From NCBI GenBank assembly GCA_964016885.1, contig OZ024740.1, positions 114,948,001 through 115,012,000 on the forward strand: a stretch of DNA of 64,000 nucleotides, written 5' to 3'. Of this stretch, positions 41,632 through 54,802 are shown one piece after another. Both the position numbers and the translations under genes were made by a program. Below the pieces are notes generated by a model. The model searched no databases, was not told where the DNA came from, and saw only the letters and a program-made list of their open reading frames with translations. The stretch's first letter is position 1; each line of letters begins with the position of its first letter. The stretch comes from Eledone cirrhosa (taxonomy: Eukaryota).

Positions 41632-41666
41632 ATAGTAGTAGTAGCAGCAGTAGCAGTGGTAGTAGT
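40868..41666. repeat. (GGT)/(GTA) low-complexity tract
   Basis: Seen directly. Includes an internal ~120-bp duplication (41100-41330). Confidence 0.9.
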
Positions 41667-42616
41667 TAATTGATCGTCACAGTAACACAACTATCAGTTC
41701 AACTCTCTTCCCTAAATATCCTTCTTTGGTGTTTCTGTCCACATGTATATTCATTGAATATATAGACTGTTCTAGTCGATGCTGCTGTTTTTATTTTATT
41801 AACGGCTCTGTCATCGTCTCACATAATACAATCGTGATAAATTCGTCTCCGTCTCTTTCTGGATATCCTTCAATATGTTATTTAAAGAGTCCATTTTTCT
41901 ATAAGATAGACTGTGATTTCGGGAAAATTCAATTACCGCCGTGCCTAGTGAGTGCTGCGCCCGTCTTTTTTTTTTTTTTTTTGTTTTTTTTACATTAAAC
42001 AATTTTTGCCTCTTATTTTAAACTGATATGGTGCGATTGAGGGTATCTGCAGGTCATTTCTAGCCAGAAGAGACCGCCATTTTTTCTAGCATAAACCTTG
42101 GTCTTCGCAAGTGAAAATCTTATAGTCCTAAGCTGAGATAACAGGAAAATCAAATAAAACTCCTTGTGAATCTTCACACATAATGAAACTAAATGAATCC
42201 CTCCAAAGCGAAACTTCTTGTTGATGATTAGAAAATACTTATATGACCTTTGATCAATTGCTGAGTTATACAAAAAAATAAATCAAAATAAGCAATGTAA
42301 GACATGTATTTAACTCCAAGACCTGTATTTGGCTCCAAGACATTCGTATGGAGAGTTTCACTGGGTAGTGTGTGTGTGTTTGGGGGTGGTACAAACCTGC
42401 TTAAATATCAGATATTATAGAGACAAATACTTGTGGGAAACAAGAAACTCTCTATATGTTCGAAGCCTTTCGAATAAAACAAGCAGTAACAAATCAAGAC
42501 AGATAGAAACTACAAAGCTGTAAGTAAGAGTCTCCTTCTCTTGTGGATTTACATAATCATATGAATATACAATCGTATGAATATACAATCATATGAATAT
42601 ACATATATACATATAT

Positions 42617-42971
42617 GGAGGCACATGGCTTAGTGGTTAGAGCATTGGGCTTGCAATCGAAAGGCTGTGAGTTCAATTCTCAGACCGTGTGATGTGTTGT
42701 TTCCTTGAGCAAGACACTTTATTTCACATTGCTCCAGTTTACTCAGCTGTAGAAATGAGATGATAGGGACTGGCGTCCCTATCATTCCACTGCTAAAGTG
42801 GTCGTGTAGGTGCCACGGCAAAAAAGCACCGAGCAATTACGGTAAATGACGTTGGTGTTAGGAAGGGCATCCAGCTGTAGAAATCAAGCCTGAATCAGTT
42901 CCCATCACACCCTTGCAAGCAGGGAAAAGCGGACGTAAAATGATGATGATAATGATGATGATGATGATGAT
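42617..42971 (+). mobile_element. tRNA-derived SINE (family C) with RTE-derived 3' tail and (TGA)n end
   Basis: A-box tggcttagtgg, B-box gagttcaattc and ccttgagcaagacacttt core. The 3' part matches 47160-47437. Confidence 0.9.
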
Positions 42972-43155
42972 ATACATCACTATACATCCACGGTATTAAA
43001 CAGCCTATAGCTCTCATCAGTGTGAAAAAATCGCCCTCTTCAACAGACACGCTTGATGGAGTTGGCAATATAGTTGCCGGCAACTCGACTATGTAACAAG
43101 TTTTTGTGAATTACATGTTATTAGTAGCGCTCAAGTGACCTCACACACACACACA

Positions 43156-43206
<51 letters not shown>

Positions 43207-43215
43207 GTGTGTTGT

Positions 43216-43713
43216 TGCCATGAGTGGCTATTATTAATATTATTGTTGCTGTATTCTATCGGCTACTTTGCCATGCTGTATTCTATCAGTTAGTTTGTTA
43301 GCCTTGACGGCGACCCTCTCTCTATCTATCTCTATCTCTCTCTCTATATCCATCTCTAGGCCACCTATTACCTCCCGTTCCCTCTTCACCCATTCCTCCT
43401 CACTCATCTTAAAGTTATTGAAGAGATAAGACACACTCTACTCTGAAAGGCTAAAATGAATCACTAGAGTTGATTTAGCTACGTTCCAGTCATCCATCGA
43501 TACAAATCTGGCCAGGTATTTCAGCCACCACAACACATCTATTTTGTTATCCTCATTTTCCCCTACCATGCTGACTCTGTCTCTGTCTATTTTTCCATCA
43601 AAGGTTACAGGCCATGACTTGCTATTATTAATATTATTGTTGCTGTATTCTATCGGCTACTTTGCCATGCTGTATTCTATCAGTTAGTTTGTTAGACGGC
43701 GACCCTCTCTCTA
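43216..43713. repeat. ~105-bp direct duplication (43216-43324 and 43612-43713) upstream of the RTE ORF
   Basis: gctattattaatattattgttgctgtattctatcggctactttgccatgctg...gacggcgaccctctctcta occurs twice. Confidence 0.85.
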
Positions 43714-43791
43714 CCTCACAATTTCCCTCCCACCCACCCCTCACACCACCATAGCCTATTCGACCAATCAAACCTCAGCATGCCATTTCTT

Positions 43792-43831
<40 letters not shown>

Positions 43832-43919
43832 CTAACTCTCTCCTCCCCCGTCCCAGCCCAACACACCCTGCCAGTATTACCACCACCACTGTTCTTCTAG
43901 CCCTGAATTCTCCTACCGG

Positions 43920-46900
43920 TATGGATGGATAAGCTGAGAATAAATTGGAGCAACTCTGAATTAATAGATGAAATGAATATGAATCCGCGAGCTACCAAGC
44001 ACCCATGTGAAGCGCCAATCCAGAGAGAGCAAGCACACACACACACCCCTGCAAAAATCGACCCTTCCCTACGAGTGTCGACAAATGCCCAAAACTCTGA
44101 GTTGGTACCATCAATGTAAGCACAATGAAAGGAAGAGCAGGAGAAATCGTAGAAATGCTAGAGCGAAAGGAAATTGATGTATCCTGTGTGCAAGAGACTA
44201 GATGGAGAGGAGAGTCTGCTAGAGTCCTTGTAGGAAAAAGTCAGTGCTAAAAATTTTTCTGGGTGGTAAATGACGATGGGATGGGTGGTGTAGGTATACT
44301 ACTAGCTGACAAGTGGGTAGATAATGTAATCTCAGTGTACAGGGTAAATGTAAGAATCATTAAACTCAGACTAGTCCTGAATAAAACAATTACCACAATA
44401 ATATCAGCTTACGCACCCCAATCAGGGTTGCCAGACGAACTTAAGGATAGATTTTACGAGTCCCCAATGCACACTACTGCTCTAACAAACTACAATGACT
44501 TCCTAATCATCGCAGGAGATTTTAACGGACACGTAGGTAAACTCTGTGACGGCTTCAATAGAGTACATGGAGGCCATGGGGTTGGCACACGAAATGAAGA
44601 AGGATTCAGACTTCTAGAATTCTGCGACGCCAATGACATCTCGATATGTAACACAAACTTCAAAAAACCCGACAACCACCTGATCACCTATAGATCAGGA
44701 GAGCATTCTAGTCAGATAGATTTTATCCTCATCAGAGGACGTGACCAAAGGACGGTCGTAAACACAAAAGCCTTCCCTAGTGAGGAATGTACCTCCCAAC
44801 ATAGCATAGTTGTCAGCGACCTCACAGTCAGAACTAGACGAACCTGGTAACAGAGGCCAGCCTGGAGAAGAAAGATCTGGAAGCTGAAAGACCCCTCAGC
44901 CAGTAACAGATTTAAAGATATTTTACTCAACGCCTACGACAGCAAAGAAGAACAGATAGAGACATTCAATGTAGAAGAGCACTGGGAGTTCCTAAAAAAT
45001 AACTTACTAGAGGCGACAGATGAGGTCTGTCGCTGGAGTAAGACCACAAGCAGGAGGAGAGTGACTTGGTGGTGGAACAATAAGGTAGATGAGGCAGTTA
45101 AGGCCAAGAGACAGGCATGGAAAGAATGGAAGAACGGGGGGAGCAGGGTACATTACATAGAGATCAAGAGGGAAGCTAGGCGACAAGTATACTTAGCTAG
45201 GAGGGAAGCAGAGGATAGAAAATTCAAGCATGTTTTGCAACGTGAGGACCAGAAACAGGAAGTGTTCAAGATTGCGTGACAGTGTCAGAGAGAATTGTGA
45301 TGTCATTGGAGAGAAGTGTATCCGGAATGATAAAGGTGAGCTTGCCCTCACAAGTGCTGAGAAGAAAGATACATGGAAGAGTCATTATGATAGATTACTA
45401 AATGAGGAGAATGCATGGGAAGAAGAGACCCTAGCCCAAGTAGACTCTATAGAGGGGCCAGCAGTACAAGTCAGCAGCAGCGTAGTAAGTAAGGCAATCA
45501 AAGATATGAGATGGGGAAGGCAACCGGTCCATCGGGTATAGCTGCCGAGATGCTGAAGGCATCTGGGTCTGTAGGTCACACTATAACCACACGTATTGTT
45601 AACCAGGTAATACTAGAAGGTGTCATACCAAAAGATTGGTGCAGTAGCATCATTGTCAACTGCTACAAAGGCAAAGGTGATGCACTCGATAGAGTAAACT
45701 ATACAGGTATAAAGCTGATGGACCAGGTCATGAAAGTAACAGAAAGAGTTATAGCACAGTTGATTAGGGACCGGGTGAAACTAGATGAGATGCAATTTGG
45801 GTTTGTACCAGGAAGAGGCTCCACTGATGCCCTCTTCCTTGTGAGGCAGTTACAGGAAAAGTACCTAGCTAAAAGTAAGCCACTCTACCTGGCATTCGTC
45901 GATCTCAAGAAAGCCTTTGACAGAGTTCCACGTGCTGTAATCTGGTGGGCTCTTAGAAAACTAGGAGTAGATGAATGGCTTGTGAAAGCTGTACAAGCCA
46001 TGTATAGGGGAGCTTGTATAGGATTAGCAATGAGTATAGCGAGGAATTTAGCGTAATGGTTGGGGTCCACCAGGGCTCTGTTCTTAGCGCTCTCCTGTTC
46101 ATCATAGTCCTGCAGGAAATAATGGAGGAGTGTAAGACCGGATGCCCATGGGAACTCCTGTATGCTGATGACCTCGCACTTATAGCTGAATCTATGGTAG
46201 AAGTACAGAAGAAATTCCAAACTTGGAAGCAGGGACTAGAAAGAAAGGGTCTCAAAGTCAACATGACAAAGACTAAGGTCCTAGTAAGTAGACGAGAAAA
46301 CAGAACCCAGATCCCTCCAGGGAAATGGCCTTGCTCTATATGTAGGAAAGGTGTAGGTAGGAACTCCATTCTCTGCCCCAAATGAAAACAATGGGTACAC
46401 AAGAGATGTAGCGGGATCTCAGGAAGCTTAATTAAGAATGTAGGCTTCACATGCAGCAGCTATACTGGGACAGCAAGCAGCAAACAGCCACAGGAAACAA
46501 GTACCACCAATCTCTGGGAGTGCTCTGTAGAGACAGTAGACAGCTTCTGCTATCTAGGTGACCGAATTAGCAGCGGAGGTGGGTGTTCAGAAAGTACAAT
46601 AACTAGGGTAAGAACGGGATGGAAGAAGTTCAGGGAACTACTACCACTGCTAGCTGCAAAAGGCTTCTCCCTCAAAATGAAAGGCAGACTGTATGATGCG
46701 TGTATCCGAACAGCAATGTTACATGGTAGTGAGACCTGGGCGCTGAAGGTGGAAGACTTACGTAGATTAAAGAGAAACAAAGCCTTCATGCTCCGATGGA
46801 TGTGTAATAGTAATATACGCGAACGACAAAGCATAAATGAATTGAGAGAGAGACTGAGCATAAGAGGAATCAAATGCTGTGTGCAGGAGAGGCGGTTGCG

Positions 46901-47437
46901 TTGGTATGGACATGTGATGCGTATGAAAGATGACAGCTGCATAAAAAGGTGCAGAGTACTAGAAGTCGATGGAAACCGCGGAGTGGGGAGACCCAAGATG
47001 ACCTGGGATGAGGTGATAAAAGCCGACCTTACCCAATTACACCTCTCAAAGGCGATGACACACGACCGTGACCTCTGGCGTTACGCAGTAATAGAGAGTA
47101 CCCGACCTCCCATGGGTACAAGCCGAAGCATATAGACAGTATTCCCCCACACCCTCCCACTGCAAGGTGGTCGTGGAGGTGCCACGGCAAAAAAGCACCC
47201 AGCCCACACTGTAAAGTGGACGTGTAGGCGCCACGGAATAAAGCACCCAACACTCACTGTAAATGAGGTTGGTGTTAGGCAGGGCATCCAGCTGTACAAA
47301 TCAAGCCAGATCAGTTCCTGTATGAGCAAGGCATGGTCACCCGACCAGACACTGCCCACAACAGGACAACCCGTCTAACCCATGCTAGCGTGGAAGAACG
47401 GACGTAAAACGGTGATGATGATGATGATGATGATGAT
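43920..47437 (+). mobile_element. RTE-clade LINE, near full-length but disrupted (APE-RT with Cys-rich insert), (GAT)n tail
   Basis: LRVGTINV, VQETRW, SAYAPQ, GDFNGHVG, QIDFIL, QFGFVPGRGSTDA, FVDLKKAFDRVP, GVHQGSVLS, LYADDL, HGSETW and RRLRWYGHV. Several stops and frameshifts. 5' boundary is approximate. Confidence 0.95.
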
Positions 47438-47487
47438 ATATATATACATATATATATATATATATGTACATATGTATATATATATAT

Positions 47488-47684
47488 ATAGGAAAAAAGT
47501 ATGAACCTGACGGCAGAGTTCAAGCCGTCTCGACGGCTTTTTCTGTCCATAAATAGCCGTCGAAACGGCTTGAGCTCTGCCGTCGGGGTCATACTTTTTC
47601 CTATTACCCACTCTACTACCCTAAGTATTGAGTACTCTGGTGCGTTATTGGTCCATCTGGCTCCTTATCACATTTCCTTCGTTA
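47488..47684. mobile_element. Hairpin mini-element (family A), opposite orientation to 33829-34025
   Basis: Inverted repeat 47488-47604 with the long arm to the right. (TA)n flanks. Confidence 0.88.
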
Positions 47685-47728
47685 TATATATATATATGTA
47701 TATTAAAATATATATATATGTGTGTGTG

Positions 47729-47808
<80 letters not shown>

Positions 47809-47949
47809 GGCAGGCAGACAGGCAGATAGACAAACATACAGACAACCAGAGAGATAACTTGTATTCTATAACAGTCCGCTTCATATTCATCTTTTCCTTC
47901 CGGAGTTAAAGAACTAGAAAACATACCGACGTTTCGTTCCTTAAATCAT

Positions 47950-49240
47950 TCTGTCTGGTTCTTGATGTTCGAGCAGGGTAGTCAAGCAGTAGACCTAGAG
48001 GAAGCTATCTCAGAAAGGTCTGACAAATATAGTGAACGCGTAAATCGCGTCCGTCACCTATTACTGACTGGTCGTCGAACCTTATCTTTGTGGAAGAGAC
48101 GCATGGCAATGTTCAGGCAGTCCATTTGCTGCCAACACCAACAGAGTGGAGAACTGGACATGCACTGGCTGATGCTGCGCAAGCATTCGCTCAGGCTGTC
48201 TCCAGCTTTACCTCGACTGCGAAAATGTATGGTTAGTTTTGCTAGACGCAGTATTCTACAGCTTGTCTCCTTGGGAGAGGTGTTGTCCTGGGTTACGCGA
48301 AGACCCAAAGGGGGCGCTTGGAAAGGGATATGTCTTCAAACACTCACAGTCCTCAGCCAATCGGGCGATGCATTCTATAGAGGTTTAGTGGCGGATACAA
48401 ACGGCGACAACGTTCTTGGGGAGACTCTGGGGTTCGACGAAAATCAACTCGCCACTCTTTTCTAGAGGAAGTTTGGTTCATGGCCCATGGATAATTTCCA
48501 GAAATCCTTGACCTGACAGTGCTACCAAAGAGATTTACTAGTTTGAGATAAACGCTATAGGCATGGCAGCGCCATCAGTTCAGCCTGTCCGACATGCGCA
48601 GGATGAGGAAAGCGTCCTGAACACACTCGATGAGTATCCGTGTGGGTTTCTGTCGAACACCTACTGTCACGACTGCTGCTCCGACTATTGACTGTATAGA
48701 TTGTGAATATCACCTCGCGGTCTTCCTTTAAAGGGGAAGCACAGGTAGATGTTATCTTACCATGGCGAAAGAGGTTATTTGGTAGGCGTGCTTGAAAGGA
48801 TTACAATGAAGCACTTTCCTGCGCGGCGAAGCCCTAATCAACTTTTTCAGGTTTCAGGTGAAGAGAAAAAAACCAAGGTGGAGTTGGAGATGCTGCCTTC
48901 CAGTCTGTTTGTTGAAAAGTGAATGAGTGACGGAAGCATGGTCAGAGTGAATGGGCTTCTTCTCAATATGCGCCTATAAATTGGAGGACAATTGACAGAT
49001 GACTTTTGCCCTAGAGGTCAAGGGCACAGTGTCTTTATGTGGGCTTTCCCATGAATGGCCCCCGGAGGTAACACCACTTTTGGGTAATTTGTTACGTTTG
49101 ATTTTTAAAATGTTTATTTTTTAATCTTTGTTATAAAACCGACACTGTACCGTCTGTAACATCTTTATTGTTCTCTTCCATTACTATATTTTCGTTTCAA
49201 GGGAAACATATTGTACCTGCATTTGGCCCGAAGAAAGGGC
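47950..49240 (+). mobile_element. Old 3' fragment of a Tx1/L1-clade LINE (copy 1)
   Basis: Aligns by eye with 59100-60450 (SICCQH, DNVLGETLGFDENQLATLF, MDNFQKSL). Confidence 0.85.
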
Positions 49241-49429
49241 TCCCCATTATATTTGTGCCTTTGGCCCTAATATTTGAACTTCAATTTGTGTTTGAACAAT
49301 TTGTTTGTACTTAAAACATAGAGGGAAATACGTCCCCTCACGTTAAGCCAGCTGGCACTTGACAGTGGCTGAAACGTCGAGAGAAGTAACATCACCCCTA
49401 CCACAGACGTTACCAACTTCAACACCACA

Positions 49430-52400
49430 TTAGGCAGTATCACCAACAATAACAACCACAACAGCAGCAACAACAACAAAAACAAAATAAATGAGAGCAA
49501 CAACGGGAATAATGACAAAACCAACAACGACTACAAGACAAACAACGAGAAAATCTACGACGACAACACCAACAACAAACATGAATGACGACAACACTAA
49601 CAGTAACAATAAAAAGCAGCAAAACAACAGCAACTATAAGAAGGACAACACCAGTGATGATAACAACATAAACAATAACAGGAGTACTTTTGCAGCCACA
49701 GCGGCAAAAAGTCAGACTTTATACAGCTCTGATTCAACAGAAAAGAATGAACTTTTGGTCGTGGTGGAAACACTTAGACCAACTTAAACGTCCCTATAGA
49801 GGTGTGACGCGACAGAGCGGAAAACTCTGAAATATCAATGCATTTTCGTACAATCTCGCAAGGCCAGATAACCTTTCAAGTACAAGTGCAGGTAATGACG
49901 TTTAGCATATAGCAAGGGCCAAACAATTTGGGAGCATCACGGTGCACTTCAAAACTGAGGCTCTTGTTATCGAGCATTCGTTGGTCCCCTGAAAAATGAA
50001 CCAAATAATGATGTATCCATCCTACATGAGGAGGATGACAGTAAGGGCCGTATTTCCAGGATTCCGCCGGAACTGGGTGTACGATGGCGCATGGGAGGGA
50101 ACATTTAAAAAGCGGGAGTGGTGATCCGCGTCTGGTTTGGAGTTTCTTCCCCAAATCAGACCTCAAAACATTACTACTATCCCGGATCATGTCAAACTGT
50201 CGGACGAGTACCAGATACAAGTGATCACGGAAGACAAACAGCCGTACTGTTTCGTTTGTCGTGAAGCCACACACCTGCGAGATTTTTTCCCCCGCTGAAA
50301 TTGGCAGGGGGCTGCAAACCTCCGCTGCTGCAGACACCGGTGTCAGTACAAAGGGCAACACTATAAGAGACAGCACCACCCGCAACAGCAGCAGTAGCAA
50401 CAACACCAACAAGGACAACGAAAACCACCCAGGAAGTCATCCAAGCAAGCACTCCTGCTCCCCCTCTTTCAAACACACACACACATACACACACAGAATA
50501 ACACATACACACCAGTAAAAGCACTCTCACTCTACAAACACTATTTCCCCCTATCCCCAAATGAAGATGAGAGGGAACCCCGAAAACCTCTCAAAACACA
50601 AACGAAAACGCAAAAGTAAAATACATCTTCACACACACCAAATAGCACACAAAACATACCCGCAGCAAACACAGACACACTTACAACAATACTAACACCA
50701 CAATCGTCAACACAAGCACAACAAATGAGGATAAAGAACTAATGGCTCTCCCAAAACGAAACCAAGAGATTCAGAAAGAGAGAGATATTTTTTTCATCTG
50801 CATCTTCAAAGTACCCCAAACACCTTTGATGTCTTGTTTTGGCCGTGAAGGTTAGGCAATTTTCCTCTGGATCCCACCACAAGCATCACCACCAACAACA
50901 ACCACACCACCATCAGCATCACCACAAACAGCAACATCGCAAACACAACAATGCACACACACCCAACAGCAACAAGCCCCCAACCCCCGCCAAAAAAAAG
51001 TACACAACCATAAACATTGCACACAAAGGATTAATTGAACTAATAAAACAGCACACAGATATTTCAGACTTAAATTACCACACCCCACAAACACTAAGAA
51101 CATTACCCAAAAACATTACAATTGTCGAAATTAAACTGGAAGACTATAAACAATTAAAGCAAAAGTTCCCCAACTGCGTTGGGGCTTTCACAGCTCGCTC
51201 TCCAAGAGAATCTATACAGATATCACCTGGGAGACACCCATGATCAGCCGAAAGGACGGTTCTACTGTCCTTTCCCCACACGATCAAGGTAAGTGATCCT
51301 TTCTCACTTACCCGTTCCTCACTAAGCATAGCCGTACTCAGAATAGGCAGTCTAAATGTACGTGGCATGGGATCATCTTGGAAGCAGGGTCACCTGCTCA
51401 ACGACCTCAGGTAACTAAACATAGATGTGGTAGCCATCAGCGAGACCAGAATTTCCGAAGTACGAGCCTTCGCACCGATCTTCTGTTGCTACGATGTATA
51501 CGCATTCCCCAGCCGTCCAGGATCGAGCGGAGGAGCTGCTGTGCTTTTTTGGAGAGGCTTGGATATTGCCATATGAGCTATCTTCCTGGACCCAGATGGT
51601 AAGTTGGTGGTGCCGGTCACCGGCAGCGAAGGCAATGCTTTCAGGTTAGTAGCCATCTGCGCCCCATCAGGGGCAGGACGGCCAGATTTCTTTGTATTTA
51701 GATAGGGTATTCTGTAGGGAAACAGATAAGGCTAGTGTAGGTTGTCCACAATTTAAAGTAGTCGACTACACGGACCAGAAATGTTGGATCTGTGAAGTTG
51801 ACTTAGATAGACTCCATAGGCAAGGGCCCGGTTACTGGAAGCTGAACGCGTCGTTCCTGGCGCGCAAAGCTTACAGAGACCGGATTAGCGAATTAGTTAA
51901 GCGTGCGTTGACGGGTGCGATCGTCAACAACAGGTGGTGGTTTAACCTGAAAAGGGCTATTAGAGTAGAATCGATAAGGTTTAGCAAAGGAGCAGTAATA
52001 GAGGAAGAGGGAGTAGAGGGAGAGTTAATTAGAAAGCTAGAAGAGGCGTTTAGGACAGGGATCGCAACCGACGTGCTTGCGACGAGATAGGCACTCGACC
52101 AATTCTTCAACGCAAAGCATGAAGACTTCGTTGTCAGAGCTAGAGCACGTGCTCTAAGACACGGGGGGACGAACGCCGTTCAATGGGCTCGGGTGGTGGC
52201 GGCCGACGTGGCAACAAGTCCACAATTCGGTCTTTGTCTGATCAAAACGGGCGCATGCTGCTCGAACCCTAGCAGATGTGTGCGGCTTTTCAACAGCACT
52301 TTGTTCGATTGTTCGGGAACGGCCGCGGCCGGATCGGAGTATGGACTTCGGTGCATACATCGACGGACTGCTGCGGCTCTTGACGACCGCAACGCAGTGC

Positions 52401-54640
52401 TCCAAAAATCCGATAACAGCAGGTGAAATACGGGAAGTGATGTCTGACTGCACGAGGGGAAAATCGCCAGGTTTGGACAGTCTGCCCTACGAGCTTTATG
52501 CGTATATGCCAGACTTGTTCGGCGACCTCTTTGCAGATGTCTACTGCAACTGGCAGCAGAACGGGAGCATTCCAAGTTTTGTGAACCGGGGAGCGGTGGC
52601 GCCGCTGAGAAAAGACCCGAACTAGGGGGACCTTATAGACTACTTCAGGCCCATAAATATGCTAAACGCAGAGTTTAATATTTTGGCCAAGGTGTTAGCA
52701 AAGATATTGGCGCTTGTCGTCGGTGATCTGGTGGGAGAGGCGCAGACATGCGCTATTCCGGAAAGATCCATCTACGACAACCTCCATCTCATGCGATACA
52801 TCATAGGGAGGGTGGTTAAGGAACCTGGCACGGGTGGGGCCCTGATCAATTTGGATCAATCTAAAGAATTTGATAGAGTCGACTATCGGTACCTAGCTGC
52901 GGTCCTCAAGCGGCCGTCTTCGAGCCCGTTTTTAGGGCTGGGTCGCTGCGATGCACAGCAACATCTGCTCGATTGTGAGAATGGACTGTCACCTGTCCAG
53001 CCTTTCAGCATCATGCGCTCTGTCCGCCAGGGTTGCCCCCTCTCGTCCCTCTTGTACGCACTGGCCTTCGAGCCGTTACTTCACAGATTGGAGACGATGA
53101 GGGGCGTCCCACGCGAACTGGGATGTGGAAGATCCATGTCAGCTTACACCGACGACGTCACCGTGGTGGTGTCGAGCACCAAACAAGGCCAGATGCTCGG
53201 TACCGCTCTCAATAATACGAAGCGGTGACAGGAGCAAATATAAACCAGGAAAAGTTGGTGGGATTGCAACTCGGCACTTGGAGAGGAAAGTCCATGCCGT
53301 CCAACAGCGTCGTGGGGAGCTGGACGGAAGGACCGGTTAAATTGCTCAGGGTCTCGGTCAGTCCGGACGTCCAGATGGAGAAAAACTGGAGCGAGGTGAC
53401 GAGCAGGTAGCCCCTCTCACCCAGAAATGGGCCGAAAGAAGCTGTCTCTGAAATGTCGGGCGGAGGTGGTGAATGCGTACATCGAGTCCGTCATCTGCTA
53501 CCGCCTGACCGTCATACCTTGCCCCCGCCCAATTCTGACTAAAATGGAACGCCTTCTCTTCCGCCTTTTGTGGAAGGGACTTGCTCCCATAGTGGGACGA
53601 TCCATTTGCTGTTAACACCCGTTGCGTGGAGGACTAGGCATGCCGTGGCTGATGATGCGCTGAGGCTGTGACATCTCTGGTCCTTCTTTGACGGTGAACA
53701 GTTGTGGTCGACGTTTGCCGACGCACTTTTTCCTAGCTCGTCTCCTTGACGGAGCTGCAGTTCTGGATCAGGAAAAGACCGAGGGATAGCGCTTGGAAGC
53801 TGGAATGTCTCCAAGCGCTCACCTCCTTCTACCAGCTGGGCACTAGTATCGGTGGAATATCCACCTCGGCGTTCTATAGTGGGCTAGTGGAGGGAAAGAG
53901 CGACGACGTTCTCGGGGAGACCCTGGGCGTCGAAGACGATCAGCTGTTCGCTCTCTTCAAGAGAACTTTCAGACCGGGGCCTATGGGCAACTTCCAGAAA
54001 TCCCTGGCCTGACAGTGCTATTGGGGAGCGTTGCCGATTCGGGATAAGCTCTACAGGCACGGAGATGCTGTCAGTCGAGCCTGTCCGAGATGCGCACAGG
54101 GCGACGAAACCGTCCTGCACGGGCAGACAGTTTTCATCTGCCTGATGGCCATGGCGAAAGAGATTGAAGGGTTGAAGACGGACACTTTCCTCTCCGGCCA
54201 ATCCCGGATTAACTTTTTCAGGTTTCACTTGAAGTGGAAAATCAGGGTGGAGAGGCAAGTGCTGTCTTTTAGTAAGTTTGTTGAAAGCTGGGTGAAAGTG
54301 GAGAGTCTGGCCCGAGTGAACTGGCCCGCTCTGAGTATACGTCTGTAGACTGAGGAGTGGGAAAAGTGAGAGAGGGCGTTTGCCCTGTTGGTCAGGATGG
54401 CCGTGATCTTTTGTGTGGTTTTCACCAGGAGTGACCCTCGGAGATTTCCCCCTTCTTGGGCACTTTGATTTGTTTGAATTTTTTGGGATTTCTAGCCCGA
54501 TTTTGTTATAACCTGTTTACACGACCAAAACCCACTTTGTATCATCCTGTACTGTTCTGTGTAGTCTCTAATGTTTTTCTTCGTGTCGGCCCTTGTGGCC
54601 AATAAAGAAACCATTATTATTATTATTATTATTATTATTA
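49430..54640 (+). mobile_element. Tx1/L1-clade LINE (copy 2), degenerate ORF1 and ORF2 with internal deletions, (ATT)n tail
   Basis: LRIGSLNVRG, YLDRVF, GPGYWKLN, KSPGLD, SVRQGCPLS, AYTDD and CPRCAQGDETVLH. 5' boundary is approximate. Confidence 0.9.
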
Positions 54641-54679
54641 AAGGTTAATATTATTATTAAAAGTTATTATTATTATTAA

Positions 54680-54802
54680 AGGTTAACTTTGCCTTTCATC
54701 CTACCGGAGTCGATAAAATAAAATAGCAGTAATGCACTGGGTAATTGCTGGCCTTGTGCCAAAATTAGAAACAATTATTATTATTATTATTATTATTATT
54801 AT
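54680..54802 (+). mobile_element. SINE family B 3' half with (ATT)n tail
   Basis: ggttaactttgcctttcatcc...ggccttgtgccaaaattagaaacaattattatt. Confidence 0.88.

Noticed and set aside
39146-41690. Long poly-V/L/G/T ORFs, including a Gly/Cys-rich 241-aa frame
   Set aside because: Triplet low-complexity DNA that is open in several frames on both strands, with no domain.
42617-42690. tRNA gene
   Set aside because: A and B boxes are present but there is no complete cloverleaf, and the sequence continues into the SINE core.
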